This document shows, in pieces, positions 35,978 through 48,679 of a DNA stretch of 64,000 bases. The stretch covers positions 12,375 to 76,374 of the forward strand of contig CAZTGV010000004.1 of the NCBI GenBank assembly GCA_964613475.1. Reading direction: 5' to 3'. The position numbers and the translations under genes were made by a program. The notes under the pieces are model-generated. The model did no database searches and had not been told where the DNA came from. It was given only the letters and a program-made list of their open reading frames with translations. Numbering within the stretch: the stretch's first letter is position 1; each line of letters begins with the position of its first letter. Origin of the DNA: an uncultured Gemmatimonadota bacterium (lineage in GTDB: Bacteria > Gemmatimonadota > Gemmatimonadetes > Palauibacterales > Palauibacteraceae).

Positions 35978-38182
35978 TCATCTACCCGGCTGTCGTCCTC
36001 CGCGCCCCGGCGGCCACGGTCCGATCTCCACCCGCAGGGCCAGCGACCGCCCCGGCTCCGGGAAGAGCGAGACGAGCTCGTAGCGGGCGCCCGCCAGGTT
36101 GCGGACCCGCAACTCCACCGCGAGCGGGAGCGCGCCCGCCTCCATCCGCTGCCGCACCCCGGCGTCGAGCAGCAGGAAGGCGGGCAGGCGGTGCGTGGCG
36201 GAGAGCCCGGTCGTCCGCGCCCCGGTGAGCCGCCCCTCGATCCGCGCCCCCCCGTCCGGCCATGACCGCTCCACGGCGGCCGTCGCCCGCAGCGACGGGG
36301 CGTACGGAAGGGGGTTCCGGTTGCTGCCGAAGCCGACCCGGCTCCGCTCGCCCGTGGCGCCGGCGCGCAGCCGCCAGCCCGGCGCGGGCCGCCACGAGGC
36401 GTCCGCCTCCACCCCCTCCGCGGTGAGCCGCTCCAGGTTCCGGGGGCTCCAGACGGCCGCGGCGCTGGGGAGCCACACGATCGGGTCCCGCGTGCGTCGG
36501 TGGAAGGCGGAGAGCCGCGCCTCCAGCGCACCGTCCGCCGAGCGCCACGCCGCCCCCATCTCGGCCTCCAGCGCCACCCGCTCCGGGCGGAGCGACGGGT
36601 TGGGCCGCAGCCCGTGCTCCGAGGCGAAGTAGAGGTCGCCGAAGGTGGGCCACCGCCGCGCGCGGGCCAGCCGGGCCCGGAGGGTCCAGCCGCCGCCCGC
36701 CGACGCCTGGACGGCCAGGGACGGGTCGAGCGCCGGTCCTCCCGTCCCGAGCTCGAGGTGCAGGGCGGGGGTCACGACCACCCCGTCTCCTTCCACCGCC
36801 CGGCTCAGGGCCACCCCGCCCGTCCACCTGACGGGGGCGCCGCCGATCGCGTCCCCCTCGACGCGGCTCCGCTCGGCCCGCCACTCGGCGACCGCCGCCC
36901 ACGGGAGCGCCAGGCGCCCGCGGATCCGCGCCTCGCTCGCCGCCTGTCGCTCGTCCGTGTCGCTTCGCGGATCGAGGTAGCGGAGACGCCGGCGGCGGTA
37001 CCCGATCTCGAGCTCCGACCCGGCCGGCTCTCCGAGCGCCAGGGCGAGCTGGAGCCCGTCCTCCGCGCGCCGCGCGCGGTCGAACAGCGTGGTCCCCATC
37101 CGACCGGGCGCGCCCCGCGTCAGGTCCTCCAGCCGCAGCCGGGCGGACAGGGGCAGCGCCGCCGACCGCGCGGCGAGCGTCGCCACCGCGCTCCGGAAGT
37201 CCGCGTTCCGGCGGGTCTCCCAGGGGGCGTCCGGCCGCGCCCGGTTCCGGTACCGGAAGTCGTTCTCCCCTTCCTCCCACACCACGCTCGTCGCCAGCAC
37301 GCCCGCCGATCCCTCCGCCGAGGCGTGCGCTTCCGCCGTCCGGCGGCCGAAGGAGCCCGCCTCCGCCACCGCGGTGACGCCGCTGCCGGCTCCCTGCCGC
37401 GACCGCAGGAGCAGGACGCCCGCCAGCGCCCCCGAGCCGTAGCCGGGGCTCGCGCCGCGCAGCAGGGTGGCGGATTCCAGGGTCGAGGTCGGCAGCCCCG
37501 TCAGGTCCGCCACGCCGGAGATCGGGTCGTTCAGCGGCAGCCCGTCCAGCAGCACCAGCACGCCCTCGGGGCGGCTGCCCCGCACGCTCACCGTCTGGCC
37601 GCCGCCGGTGAGGCCGCGGAGCGCCACGCCGGGGAGCCCGGCCAGCCACTCGGCCAGGGTGGGCGCCGGCACCGAGCGCTCGCGGAAGGCGATGCGGTCC
37701 ACCGACCGGCCGGCGGGCGGCGTCTCGCCGCGCCGCGCCGCGGCCACCAGCTCCGGCAGCCGCAGCGGGCGCCGCCGCAGGGTGAGGGCGAGGCGCGCCG
37801 TGGCGCCCGAGGCCACCCGGACCCGGGCCCGGAGGGGCAACCGCCCCGCCGCGCTCGCCTGGACCTCCCAGCGCCCCGGGGCGAGGCCGTCCGCCACGTA
37901 GCGGCCCGGCGGCCCCTCGGCGCGCGCGCCGTAGATCCCCTCCTCGGCGGCTTCGGGCGCCTCCACCTTCCGCAGCGCCACCCGCGCCCCGGCGATCGGC
38001 GTCCCGTCCCCGGCGCGCAGCTCCACAACCAGCCGGCCCGTCGGCGCCTCCGCCGGGCCCGCCTGGCTACCCGCCTGCGCCGCGACCGGCTCCGGCGCGA
38101 CGGCGATGCCGCCGGCCGTCACTGCCTCCAGGCAGAGGACCGCCACCGCCCCGCGGAGGACCGCGCGCCGCCGGCCGTTCAC
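35978..38182 (-). CDS. TonB-dependent receptor with N-terminal CarboxypepD_reg-like domain (BtuB-like by context)
   Basis: GTG at 38182 forms a GTGA overlap. Signal peptide. Segments GRLVVELRAGDGTPIAGARVAL...GRYVADGLAPGRWEV. Plug motifs VSVRGSRPEGVLVLLDGLPLNDP and TLESATLLRGASPGYGSGALAGVLLL. Long beta-barrel. Confidence 0.85.
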   Translation of the reverse strand: MNGRRRAVLRGAVAVLCLEAVTAGGIAVAPEPVAAQAGSQAGPAEAPTGRLVVELRAGDGTPIAGARVALRKVEAPEAAEEGIYGARAEGPPGRYVADGLAPGRWEVQASAAGRLPLRARVRVASGATARLALTLRRRPLRLPELVAAARRGETPPAGRSVDRIAFRERSVPAPTLAEWLAGLPGVALRGLTGGGQTVSVRGSRPEGVLVLLDGLPLNDPISGVADLTGLPTSTLESATLLRGASPGYGSGALAGVLLLRSRQGAGSGVTAVAEAGSFGRRTAEAHASAEGSAGVLATSVVWEEGENDFRYRNRARPDAPWETRRNADFRSAVATLAARSAALPLSARLRLEDLTRGAPGRMGTTLFDRARRAEDGLQLALALGEPAGSELEIGYRRRRLRYLDPRSDTDERQAASEARIRGRLALPWAAVAEWRAERSRVEGDAIGGAPVRWTGGVALSRAVEGDGVVVTPALHLELGTGGPALDPSLAVQASAGGGWTLRARLARARRWPTFGDLYFASEHGLRPNPSLRPERVALEAEMGAAWRSADGALEARLSAFHRRTRDPIVWLPSAAAVWSPRNLERLTAEGVEADASWRPAPGWRLRAGATGERSRVGFGSNRNPLPYAPSLRATAAVERSWPDGGARIEGRLTGARTTGLSATHRLPAFLLLDAGVRQRMEAGALPLAVELRVRNLAGARYELVSLFPEPGRSLALRVEIGPWPPGRGGRQPGR

Positions 38183-38976
38183 CGGGCCTCGCCGGGCGCC
38201 AGCGGCACCACCTGCAGGCCGCGGGGCCCCAGGTCCACGACCTCGACCGGCCAGCCGAACGCCCGCTGGAGCGGCTCGGGCGCCAGCACCTCGGCGGTCC
38301 CGCCGTCCGCCACCACCCGTCCCTCCGCCAGCAGGACGAGCCGATCCGCGAATCGCGCCGCAAGGTGCAGGTCGTGCGTCACGCTCACCGCCGAGAGCCC
38401 CTCCTCGCGGACCAGCCGGTCGACCAGCGCGAAGAGCTGCATCGCGTGCCCCAGGTCCAGGTGCGCGGTCGGCTCGTCGAGCAGCAGGAGCCCCGGATCC
38501 TGCGCCAGCGCCCGGGCCAGCTTGGCCCGCTGCAGCTCGCCGCCCGAGAGCGCCGAGATCGGCCGCTCGGCGAGGTCCTCGAGGCGCGTGCGGGCGAGCG
38601 CCCGATCCACCGTCTCCCGATCCCGCCGGCCGAGGCGGTCCCACGGACGCAGGTGGGGATGCCGGCCCATCTCCACGAAGCCGCGGACCCCGAGCGGGAA
38701 GTCCGGGGGACGGTCCTGCGATACGACGCCCACCCGCCGGGCGAGCTCGCGGCGCGGCCACGCCCGCACCGGCCGACCGTGCAGCCGCACCTCCCCCCGG
38801 TCCGGCCGCAGCAGGCCGAGCAGGAGGCGGAGCAGGGTGCTCTTCCCCGCCCCGTTCGGCCCGACCACGCACACGTGCCGTCCCTCCACGAACGAGAGCG
38901 ACACGTCGGCCAGCGCGGGACGCTCGCCGCCCGGATAGCGGAAGAGGAGGTCTCGCACCTCGAACGTCGTGCTCAC
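38179..38976 (-). CDS. ABC transporter ATP-binding protein (FecE/BtuD family)
   Basis: GTG at 38976 forms a GTGA overlap. Walker A GPNGAGKST, signature LSGGELQRA and Walker B LLLLDEPTAHLD. Confidence 0.9.
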   Translation of the reverse strand: MSTTFEVRDLLFRYPGGERPALADVSLSFVEGRHVCVVGPNGAGKSTLLRLLLGLLRPDRGEVRLHGRPVRAWPRRELARRVGVVSQDRPPDFPLGVRGFVEMGRHPHLRPWDRLGRRDRETVDRALARTRLEDLAERPISALSGGELQRAKLARALAQDPGLLLLDEPTAHLDLGHAMQLFALVDRLVREEGLSAVSVTHDLHLAARFADRLVLLAEGRVVADGGTAEVLAPEPLQRAFGWPVEVVDLGPRGLQVVPLAPGEAR

Positions 38977-39959
38977 GCCGCCCTCCGGCGCAGCAGGACG
39001 AGGAAGAACGGCACGCCGATCAGCGCCGTCACCACCCCGACCGGGATCTCCATCGGGCTCGCCGCCGTCCGGGCGACCGCGTCGGCGGCGACCAGGAGGG
39101 AGGCGCCGCCCAGGAACGACGCCGGCACGAGGAAGCGGTGGTCGCCCCCCCACAGGAGCCGCACCGCGTGGGGCACCACCAGCCCCACGAAGCCGATCAC
39201 CCCGGCCACGCTCACCGCGGCCGCCGCCAGCAGGGAGGCGAGCAGATAGGCGATCCGCTTCGCCCGCTCCACGTCGGTGCCAAGGTGGGCGGCCGTCTCC
39301 TCCCCGAGCGCCAGGGCGTCCAGGTCGCGACCCATCACCAGGGCGACCAGGCTGGCGGGCAGCGCGTAGGCGCAGAGCACGCCCGTCATGGACCAGGAGA
39401 CACCGCCGAGGCTGCCCATCGTCCACAGGACGGCGGCGCGGAGCGCGTCCCCCGGAGCGAAGGTGAGGAGCAGCATCAGCAGCGCGCCGAAGAAGGCGGC
39501 GCACACCACCCCGGCGAGGATGAGAACGCGGGTGTCGAGCCGGCCCGCCGCCCACGCGACCCGGAAGACGATGGCGATCGCCGCCAGCGCCCCGGCCAGC
39601 GCCGCCAGGGTGAGGAGGCCCGCCCCGCCGCCCGCCAGCCCGAGGGTGAGCGCGCCGACCGCGCCGAGGGCGGCCCCCGAGGACACACCGAGCAGGTACG
39701 GCTCGGCGAGCGGGTTCCGGAGGAGCGCCTGGAAGAGCGCCCCGGAGACCGCCAGGCTCCCGCCGGTCACCGCCGCCGCGGCCACGCGCGGCAAGCGGAG
39801 CGAGACCAGGATGGCGCGCTCCGGCGTGCCCTCCGCGCCCGGCGCGAGGGCCTGCCAGAGGGCGCCGGGGGAGAGAGTCGCCGGGCCGAGCGCCGCGCCG
39901 GCCGCCGCCGTCAGCACCAGCAGCAGCCCGAGGAGCGGGAGCGCGGCGGCCGGTCGCAT
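38973..39959 (-). CDS. FecCD/BtuC-family ABC transporter permease
   Basis: ATG at 39959. LRLPRVAAAAVTGGSLAVSGALFQALLRNPLAEPYLLGVSSGAALG...GVIGFVGLVVPH. Confidence 0.9.
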   Translation of the reverse strand: MRPAAALPLLGLLLVLTAAAGAALGPATLSPGALWQALAPGAEGTPERAILVSLRLPRVAAAAVTGGSLAVSGALFQALLRNPLAEPYLLGVSSGAALGAVGALTLGLAGGGAGLLTLAALAGALAAIAIVFRVAWAAGRLDTRVLILAGVVCAAFFGALLMLLLTFAPGDALRAAVLWTMGSLGGVSWSMTGVLCAYALPASLVALVMGRDLDALALGEETAAHLGTDVERAKRIAYLLASLLAAAAVSVAGVIGFVGLVVPHAVRLLWGGDHRFLVPASFLGGASLLVAADAVARTAASPMEIPVGVVTALIGVPFFLVLLRRRAA

Positions 39960-41008
39960 CAGCCGCCCGCGCACGCCACCCCCTCCCTCCGGTCGCGCGC
40001 CATCCCGGCTTCCGCGACGGCCTCCGCCCGTCCGCCCCCGGCCGGTGCCGCCCCGCCGGCCGACGTCGACGGAGCCGGGATCGTCGCCTCCGGGTGGATG
40101 GCCCGAGCCAGGGCGGCCGCGGCATCGGGCAGTCGGGGACCGAGCCGGTGGACGAGGTCCGCATCCACCCGGCGGACCGCGGCGTCCCGGACCGCCGGGA
40201 CGGTCCGCCAGCCGGGACGCTCCGCCGGGGGCGGCACGGAGGGCGCCTCCCCCGCCGGCACGGCCCACAGCACGACCTCCGGCCGCCGGAGCGCGATCGC
40301 CTCCAGGCTGACCTGAGGGGAGGGCGCGCTCAGGTCGCCGAACACGTTCCGCCCGCCGGCGATCCGCACGAGCGTGTCCAGGAAGCTGCCGCGGCCGACC
40401 GTGATCGGCGGATCCGGCCACACCTCATAGTAGACCCGCCGCACCGGCAGGGGCGCGGTGGCGCGCTCCACCCGGCGCAGGCCCTCGTCGATCGAGCGCC
40501 GCAGCGCCTCGGCAGCCCGCTCGCAGCCGGTGAGCCGGCCGAGCCGGCGGATGTTCCGCCCCAGGTCCTCGAGCCGGTCGTGCCGCACGGCGAGGACGGA
40601 CAGCCCGGCGCGCTCCAGCTGGCGCAGCGAGGCGGCGTTGTCGGCCCCCGCGTAGAGGATCACCAGCTCCGGCCGGCGCGCCACCACCAGCTCCACCGAC
40701 GGGCGCATCCCGTCGCCGACGCTCGGCACCTCGCGCGCCTCCGGAGGCACGTCGTCGAAGCGCGTCCGGCCGACCAGGCGGTCACCCGCGCCGAGCGCGA
40801 ACAGGATCTCGGTCGCCGCCGGCAGGAGGCTCACGATGCGCCGCACCGGCGCCTCCACCCGGAGGCGCCGACCCAGGTCATCCACCAGGACCAGCGTGTC
40901 GGGCGAGAGCGGCTGGGCGGCGGGCGCGGTCGGGGCCGCCGCAGGCTCGGCGGGCGCGGCCAGGAAGACCGCGAGGACGGCGGCGAGCGCGATCGAGCGT
41001 GTCGGCAT
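39959..41008 (-). CDS. periplasmic substrate-binding protein (BtuF / type III PBP family)
   Basis: Signal peptide MPTRSIALAAVLAVFLAAPA. RIVSLLPAATEILFALGAGDRLVG. An alternative GTG start is at 41026. Confidence 0.8.
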   Translation of the reverse strand: MPTRSIALAAVLAVFLAAPAEPAAAPTAPAAQPLSPDTLVLVDDLGRRLRVEAPVRRIVSLLPAATEILFALGAGDRLVGRTRFDDVPPEAREVPSVGDGMRPSVELVVARRPELVILYAGADNAASLRQLERAGLSVLAVRHDRLEDLGRNIRRLGRLTGCERAAEALRRSIDEGLRRVERATAPLPVRRVYYEVWPDPPITVGRGSFLDTLVRIAGGRNVFGDLSAPSPQVSLEAIALRRPEVVLWAVPAGEAPSVPPPAERPGWRTVPAVRDAAVRRVDADLVHRLGPRLPDAAAALARAIHPEATIPAPSTSAGGAAPAGGGRAEAVAEAGMARDRREGVACAGG

Positions 41009-41104
41009 CCGGGCCAAGAGCCCCACCCCGTTCGGCGGGAGGAGGCGGGGTCGACCCGGACGTGTGGCTCCGGCGCGCGCCCACGCTCCTCCCTCGAAGA
41101 GCGT

Positions 41105-41300
41105 TCACGGGCACGGACGGGCACGTCTCCTGGCTCGAGGCGCCGCAGCGGCCGGCCTTCCAGGGACCCCGCGAGCGGGGCGCCCCGTGGCATCGGGGAC
41201 CGCTGCTTCCCGGCGTTCGACGCCGGACCTCTCACAGTGGCGGGGCCGCGTCGGGTTCGCACCGACTTCCGTTTGGCCCCGTCCGTGTCTGTCGAGGAAA
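41105..41300 (-). promoter_or_regulatory. cobalamin (B12) riboswitch
   Basis: The minus strand reads ACGGAAGTCGGTGCGAACCCGACGCGGCCCCGCCACTGTGAG (GCCACTG at 41241-235). The B12 box GCCAGGAGACGTGCC is at 41134-120. P1-like pairing CACGGACGGGG ... CCCGTCCGTG. It lies immediately upstream of the binding-protein gene. Confidence 0.85.
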
Positions 41301-41346
41301 CCTTAGGGGAGGTCGCCGCCCCGCCGCAAGACGTCGGCCGCGCGGC

Positions 41347-41895
41347 TCAGGGGTTGAAGCGTCCGAAATCCTCCGGATTCAACCGCTTCAGGTAGTCCTT
41401 GAGGGCCTCGCCCGCCTCGGTGCCCTCTTCCTCCTCCGCCGTTTCCAGGCCCTCCCCCCCGCCGGCCGGCGCCTCTTCCTCGTCGAAGTCGGACTCCTCG
41501 ATCTCCAGCGAGGTGAGCTCCAGCAGGCTCTCCTCGGCGAAGATCGGGGCCTCCGAGCGCAGGGCGAGGGCGATCGAGTCGCTCGGGCGCGAGTCGATGG
41601 AGATGAGGTCCCCGTTGTGACGGAAGATGAGGGAGGCGTAGTAGGTGTTGTCGACCACCTTGGTGATCAGGACGCGGACGAGCGCGCTTCCCAGGCCCTT
41701 GACGACGGTGGTGAAGAGGTCGTGGGTGAGCGGGCGCGAGAAGCGGATGCCGGCCAGCTCCATCGCGATGGCGCTCGCCTCGCCAGGCCCGATCCAGATC
41801 GGGAGCAGGCGCTCGCCCTGCTTCTCCTTCAGGATGACGACGGGGGTGCTGGAGGACTTGTCCAGCCCCAGGCTGGCGACCGTCACCTCCTTCAT
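41347..41895 (-). CDS. bifunctional nuclease (DUF151/BFN) family protein with acidic tail
   Basis: ATG at 41895 is preceded by GGAGGATGGAG. PVVILKEKQGERLLPIWIGPGEASAIAMEL...RPLTHDL. Confidence 0.8.
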   Translation of the reverse strand: MKEVTVASLGLDKSSSTPVVILKEKQGERLLPIWIGPGEASAIAMELAGIRFSRPLTHDLFTTVVKGLGSALVRVLITKVVDNTYYASLIFRHNGDLISIDSRPSDSIALALRSEAPIFAEESLLELTSLEIEESDFDEEEAPAGGGEGLETAEEEEGTEAGEALKDYLKRLNPEDFGRFNP

Positions 41896-41963
41896 CGCTC
41901 CATCCTCCATGAAGGCTCCGCCCTTCCGTCCGCGCCCCTCACGGGGCCGCCGGCGATGATCGC

Positions 41964-44491
<2,528 letters not shown>

Positions 44492-44577
44492 ATGGACGTC
44501 TCCTCGAGCGGTGCGGCGTCGGGATGGAATCGCGGCTGGGCCATCATGCGGGCTGCTGGACGCGCCGGCAACGCCGC

Positions 44578-46344
44578 TCAGAGGGCCGGCACATCGCCCC
44601 CGGCGGCCGCCTCGAAGGGCACCGCCCCCTCCAGGTACAGGGCGACCGGCGCCCGAACCTCGCCCGCCGTCTCGGCGCGCTCCAGGCCGGCGCAGATCTC
44701 GCCCAGCTCCGCGGTGGAGACGGCGCGGATCACCTCGCGGGCCTCCGTGATCACCGAGGGCGGCAGGCTGAACTCCCGGTAGCCTAGGCCGAGGAGGACG
44801 GCGAGCCCCACCGGGTCGGTCGACAGGTCGCCGCACACGCTGAGCGGGAGCCGCCGCGCCTCCGCCTCCGCCCGCAGGCGGCGGTACATCCGGAGCAGGG
44901 CCGGGTGCAGCGGGTCGTGCAGGTACGACAGGCGGGCGTTCCCGCGGTCGGCCGCCATTACGTACTGCGTGAGGTCGTTGGTGCCGAGGCTGAGAAAGTC
45001 CACGTGCCCGGCGAACAGGTCCAGGGTCTCCAGCGCCGCGGGGGTCTCCACCATGATGCCGAGCGGGATGGCGGCCGCGACGCCCGCCTCCACGCCCTCC
45101 TGCTCCATCACCTCGCGCAGGATGGCCCGGGTGCGGCGCACCTCCTCCACCGAGACGATGAAGGGGAGCAGCACGCGCATCCGGCCGTGCGCAGCGGCCC
45201 GCACCACGGCCCGGAGCTGGTTCCGGAACAGGTCCGGCAGGTCCAGGCACACGCGGATGGCCCGCCACCCGAGGTAGGGATTCTCCTCCGGCGGCATCTC
45301 CAGGAATATGGGGAACTTGTCGCCGCCGATGTCGAAGGTGCGGAGGGTGATCTCGTGGTCGGGGAAGGCCTCCGCCACCGACCGATAGGCGCGGTACTGC
45401 TCCTCCTCGCTCGGAATCACCCGCCGGCCGATGACCAGGAACTCCGACCGGAAGAGACCCACGCCCTCGGCGCCCGACCGCGCCGCCGCCGCCGCGTCGT
45501 CCGGCTGGTCGAGATTCGCGCGAAGCACGATCCGCTCGCCATCGGCCGTGACGGGCGGCGTCCCGGCCATCTCGGGCAGCCGCTCCCGCCAGCTGCTGAG
45601 CCGGCGGACCATGCGGCGATGGCTCTCCTCCTCGCCTTCGGTCGGATCCGCGATGATGCGGCCGGTTCCGCCGTCCAGGATCAGCACGGTCCCGTCCTCG
45701 ACCCCGGCCAGGGCGGGGCCGACGCCGACGATCGCCGGAATGCCCCTCGAGCGGAGGAGGACGGCGCTGTGGGAGGTTCGGGAGCCGCCGGCGGTCACCA
45801 CGGCCAGCACCGCCTCCGGGTCGAGCCGCACCGCAAGGCTGGGGGTGATCTCCTCCATGAGGAGGATCGACGGCCGCTCCGGGCGCTGGAGCGGGGCCTC
45901 GTCCCGTCCGATGAGTCGGCCGAGGACCCGGAAGCGGATGTCCTGCAGGTCGGCGAGGCGGTCGATGACCATCGCGTGCGCCGTGTCCAGCCAACGCGAG
46001 CGGATCTCGAGCACCCGCCAATCGAAGGCCCGCTCGGCGGAGAGGAAGTTGTCCCGGATGTAGGAGACGGTCCCGTCGACCAGGTCGGGGTCCTCGAGCA
46101 TGAGCATCTGGGGCTCGAAGATCTTCGCTTCGATCTCGCCGACCCGCTCCGCCGTACGGTCCCGCAGCTCGCGGATCCGCTCGCGTGCCCACTCGCGCGC
46201 CGCGTGGAAGCGCCGGACCTCGTCCTCCACCGCCTCGCCGTCGATCGTCCGGTGCGGGGCGGGGGGCAGGTCCCAGCGCACCCGTCGCGCGGGGCCGCGG
46301 GCCCGACCGGGGGAGGCTCCGATGCCGAGCAGCCGGCGGCTCAT
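44578..46344 (-). CDS. ptsI: phosphoenolpyruvate-protein phosphotransferase (PTS Enzyme I)
   Basis: ATG at 46344 forms an ATGA overlap with HPr. [19 protein letters not shown] is the active-site His region. [12 protein letters not shown]. Confidence 0.9.
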   Translation of the reverse strand: MSRRLLGIGASPGRARGPARRVRWDLPPAPHRTIDGEAVEDEVRRFHAAREWARERIRELRDRTAERVGEIEAKIFEPQMLMLEDPDLVDGTVSYIRDNFLSAERAFDWRVLEIRSRWLDTAHAMVIDRLADLQDIRFRVLGRLIGRDEAPLQRPERPSILLMEEITPSLAVRLDPEAVLAVVTAGGSRTSHSAVLLRSRGIPAIVGVGPALAGVEDGTVLILDGGTGRIIADPTEGEEESHRRMVRRLSSWRERLPEMAGTPPVTADGERIVLRANLDQPDDAAAAARSGAEGVGLFRSEFLVIGRRVIPSEEEQYRAYRSVAEAFPDHEITLRTFDIGGDKFPIFLEMPPEENPYLGWRAIRVCLDLPDLFRNQLRAVVRAAAHGRMRVLLPFIVSVEEVRRTRAILREVMEQEGVEAGVAAAIPLGIMVETPAALETLDLFAGHVDFLSLGTNDLTQYVMAADRGNARLSYLHDPLHPALLRMYRRLRAEAEARRLPLSVCGDLSTDPVGLAVLLGLGYREFSLPPSVITEAREVIRAVSTAELGEICAGLERAETAGEVRAPVALYLEGAVPFEAAAGGDVPAL

Positions 46345-46727
46345 CCGCTCCCCCCGTCCGGGTCGGAGCGCGGACGGCCCTCGTCGTCCTCGCCGAAGCC
46401 CCCCCGGACGAGCGCCACCAGCGCGGCCACCGCCTCCGCGGCATCGGGCCCACTCGCACGGATCCGGATCCGGGATCCGGCCTCGGCGGCCAGCATCATC
46501 ACGCCCATGATGCTCTTGCCGTTCACCTCCAGGCCGTCCTTCTCCACCCACACGTCCGCCCCGTACCGGGCGGCGCACTTCACGAACTCGGCGGCCGGAC
46601 GGGCGTGCAGCCCGAGCCGGTTCGGGATCCGGACCGCTTCGATCCGTTCCTCGGAGGCGCCCGCCGCACCCGCGGCGCCGTCGCGATCCACGGAGCGGCG
46701 GCGCCCTGCCTCGCTCACAGCCACCAT
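46341..46727 (-). CDS. ptsH: HPr-family phosphocarrier protein
   Basis: [18 protein letters not shown] (His) and [11 protein letters not shown] (Ser region). The start may be the GTG at 46718 (GTGA overlap) rather than the ATG at 46727. Confidence 0.8.
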   Translation of the reverse strand: MVAVSEAGRRRSVDRDGAAGAAGASEERIEAVRIPNRLGLHARPAAEFVKCAARYGADVWVEKDGLEVNGKSIMGVMMLAAEAGSRIRIRASGPDAAEAVAALVALVRGGFGEDDEGRPRSDPDGGSG

Positions 46728-47488
46728 CCCGCGGCGGCGAGCCCGAGCAGCAGCACGCCGATCACGCCGCCCTGTCGGGGAAAGAAGTAGGCCGCGATAG
46801 CCGCCGCCGCGACCGCGGCGACCGCCGCGGTCCCCGCCGCTCCGAGCCCGCCGGCGGAGAGCGCCCCGAGCTCGCCGGCCTCCTGGGCGGGGAGCCGGAG
46901 CAGGAGGACCCCCGTCGCCGCCCCGAGCAGGAGCTGCGCGGCAGGCGACAGCCAGCGGGGCGCCCGCTCAACCAGGGAGCCCGAGAGGAGCGTCCCCACG
47001 GACAGGCCGGCGTCCCAGCCGCGACGGAACGCCCAGGCGCGCAGCCACAGGTGCCCGGCGTTGTAGACGACGAGGAAGAGCGCGGCGGCCTTCCACGGGC
47101 CAAGCCCCAGCCCGAAGGCGAGGATCGCCCCGAGGAGGCATACCGGCCGCCAGCCGGCCCACACCGCCCGATCGCCCAGCGCGCCGAGCGGAGCCCGGAG
47201 CGCGGTGCGGAACCGTTCGATGCGGGCCGGCTCGTGCCCCTCGCTCTCGAGCCGCGCCAGCGCGCCCACGGCCATGGCGCAAAGGTACGGATGGGCGTTG
47301 AAGGACGCGGCGTGGCGGCGAAGCGAACGCTGCAGGGCCACCGGGTTGCCGGCGTACACCCGCGCGAGCAGGGGGAGCATCGCGTAGGCCAGCCCCGCGC
47401 CGAGGAGGGTGCGGTAGTTCCACGAGCCCTGGATCGCGAAGCTCCGCAGGAAGGCGCTCGTCCGGTCCGCGCGCGTGGGCGCCGGCAT
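46715..47488 (-). CDS. PTS mannose-family EIID component
   Basis: ATG at 47488. FLRSFAIQGSWNYRTLLGAGLAYAMLP...FNAHPYL. Confidence 0.8.
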   Translation of the reverse strand: MPAPTRADRTSAFLRSFAIQGSWNYRTLLGAGLAYAMLPLLARVYAGNPVALQRSLRRHAASFNAHPYLCAMAVGALARLESEGHEPARIERFRTALRAPLGALGDRAVWAGWRPVCLLGAILAFGLGLGPWKAAALFLVVYNAGHLWLRAWAFRRGWDAGLSVGTLLSGSLVERAPRWLSPAAQLLLGAATGVLLLRLPAQEAGELGALSAGGLGAAGTAAVAAVAAAAIAAYFFPRQGGVIGVLLLGLAAAGWWL

Positions 47489-47490
47489 CC

Positions 47491-48195
47491 CTACCCCGCT
47501 CCCCACAGGACGAGGCCGACGAAGCCGCCCGCCAGCAGGAGCGGCCAGCCGCGGCGGCCGTGAGAGAGGTTCCGCGCCCCGGCGCCGGCCACCGCCGCCA
47601 GGCCGAGGGCGACCATGCCCAGGCTCCAGTCCGTGCCGAGCGCGCCGCCGGGCGGCACCCCCGCCGTCAGCCGCACGCCGAGCAGCACCGGGACCAGGAG
47701 CGCGGCGGTGAGCACCATCCCGCGCGCGGCGTCCAGGCGCAGCGCCCACCGATGCCGGCGCTCGATCCGCCGGGGCCGCGCCACCAACACGTCGGGGTCG
47801 CCCACCAGGCGGCCGTTCAGGAGGCGAACGAGGTGCACGCTCCGGGCGCCGACCCAGCCGAGCAGCCAGCCGGCGAGGACCGCCGCCAGGAGCGGCAGCA
47901 GCCCCTCTCCGCCGGCGGCCGCGTAGGCCGCCCCGGCGGTGAGCCCGGCGGGTCCGGTGTCCGGGTAGCGCGCGGCCCCGTACGGGGGGTGACGGAAGCT
48001 CATCAGCTCCAGCAGGGCGCCCGCCATGAATCCCGCCCCGGCCCCTCCCAGCAGCGCGCCTCCGAGCGTACCCGCCACGATCGGCCGGGACACCATCGCC
48101 TGCGGCCACCCGGACGCGTCCACCGCCAGCAGCCCGCCCAGCCCTACCAGCAGGAGCCAGGTGGCGACGCCGAGCTCAAGCCCGGTCACGGGCAT
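47491..48195 (-). CDS. PTS mannose-family EIIC component
   Basis: 234-aa polytopic protein, GLGGLLAVDASGWPQAMVSRPIVAGTLGG. It is flanked by the IIB and IID genes. Confidence 0.75.
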   Translation of the reverse strand: MPVTGLELGVATWLLLVGLGGLLAVDASGWPQAMVSRPIVAGTLGGALLGGAGAGFMAGALLELMSFRHPPYGAARYPDTGPAGLTAGAAYAAAGGEGLLPLLAAVLAGWLLGWVGARSVHLVRLLNGRLVGDPDVLVARPRRIERRHRWALRLDAARGMVLTAALLVPVLLGVRLTAGVPPGGALGTDWSLGMVALGLAAVAGAGARNLSHGRRGWPLLLAGGFVGLVLWGAG

Positions 48196-48670
48196 GGCGC
48201 AGCTCCTCGAACGAAACTTCGGGCGAGGTCGGGAGATCCCGGGCGCTCACCCCCGCCGACCGGCGCCGGATCTCGCGCAGGTCGTCCTCCTCGGCGCGTC
48301 CCAGGTACACGTAATCCAGCGCGCGCCGCCGGCCGGGGGCGGCGTGGATGCCGCCCACGTTGACCCGGCGGCCCTCCAGCAGGCCGGACTCGGCGAGGCG
48401 GCGCATCGTCCGCGTCTCCCGGGTCAGCAGCGCCCCTCGCCCCGACCGTCCCTCCAGCTCCGGAAGCCGCTCCAGCGCCTCGGGGACGGAGAGGAAGAAG
48501 ACCTGCACCCCTTCGGGCGCGCCGGTCCGGTAGAGGTCCTGCTCCCAGGCGCTCTCGGCGAGCGGGTCGTCGACGACCACGTAGAAGTCCAGCGCCAGCT
48601 GTCCGCCCCATCCGACCAGGACCTGGCCGTGCAGCAGGCGGTCGTCGATCCGCCACAGGTGGATCGGCAA
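48176..48670 (-). CDS. PTS mannose-family EIIB component
   Basis: WRIDDRLLHGQVLVGW is the phospho-His motif of IIB-Man. Confidence 0.85.
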   Translation of the reverse strand: MPIHLWRIDDRLLHGQVLVGWGGQLALDFYVVVDDPLAESAWEQDLYRTGAPEGVQVFFLSVPEALERLPELEGRSGRGALLTRETRTMRRLAESGLLEGRRVNVGGIHAAPGRRRALDYVYLGRAEEDDLREIRRRSAGVSARDLPTSPEVSFEELRHARDRA

Positions 48671-48679
48671 CGGCGGTCC

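Noticed and set aside
38106-40316. 736-aa plus-strand ORF, and minus-strand alternative frames, over the ABC transporter genes
   Set aside because: They are antisense to or out of frame with the clearly recognisable FecE, FecCD and BtuF-like genes, and their composition is junk-like.
44492-44577. SAM or SAH riboswitch upstream of metK-ahcY
   Set aside because: The 86-nt spacer shows none of the conserved cores I know for the SAM-I, SAM-II, SAM-V or SAH elements, and it is too short for SAM-I.
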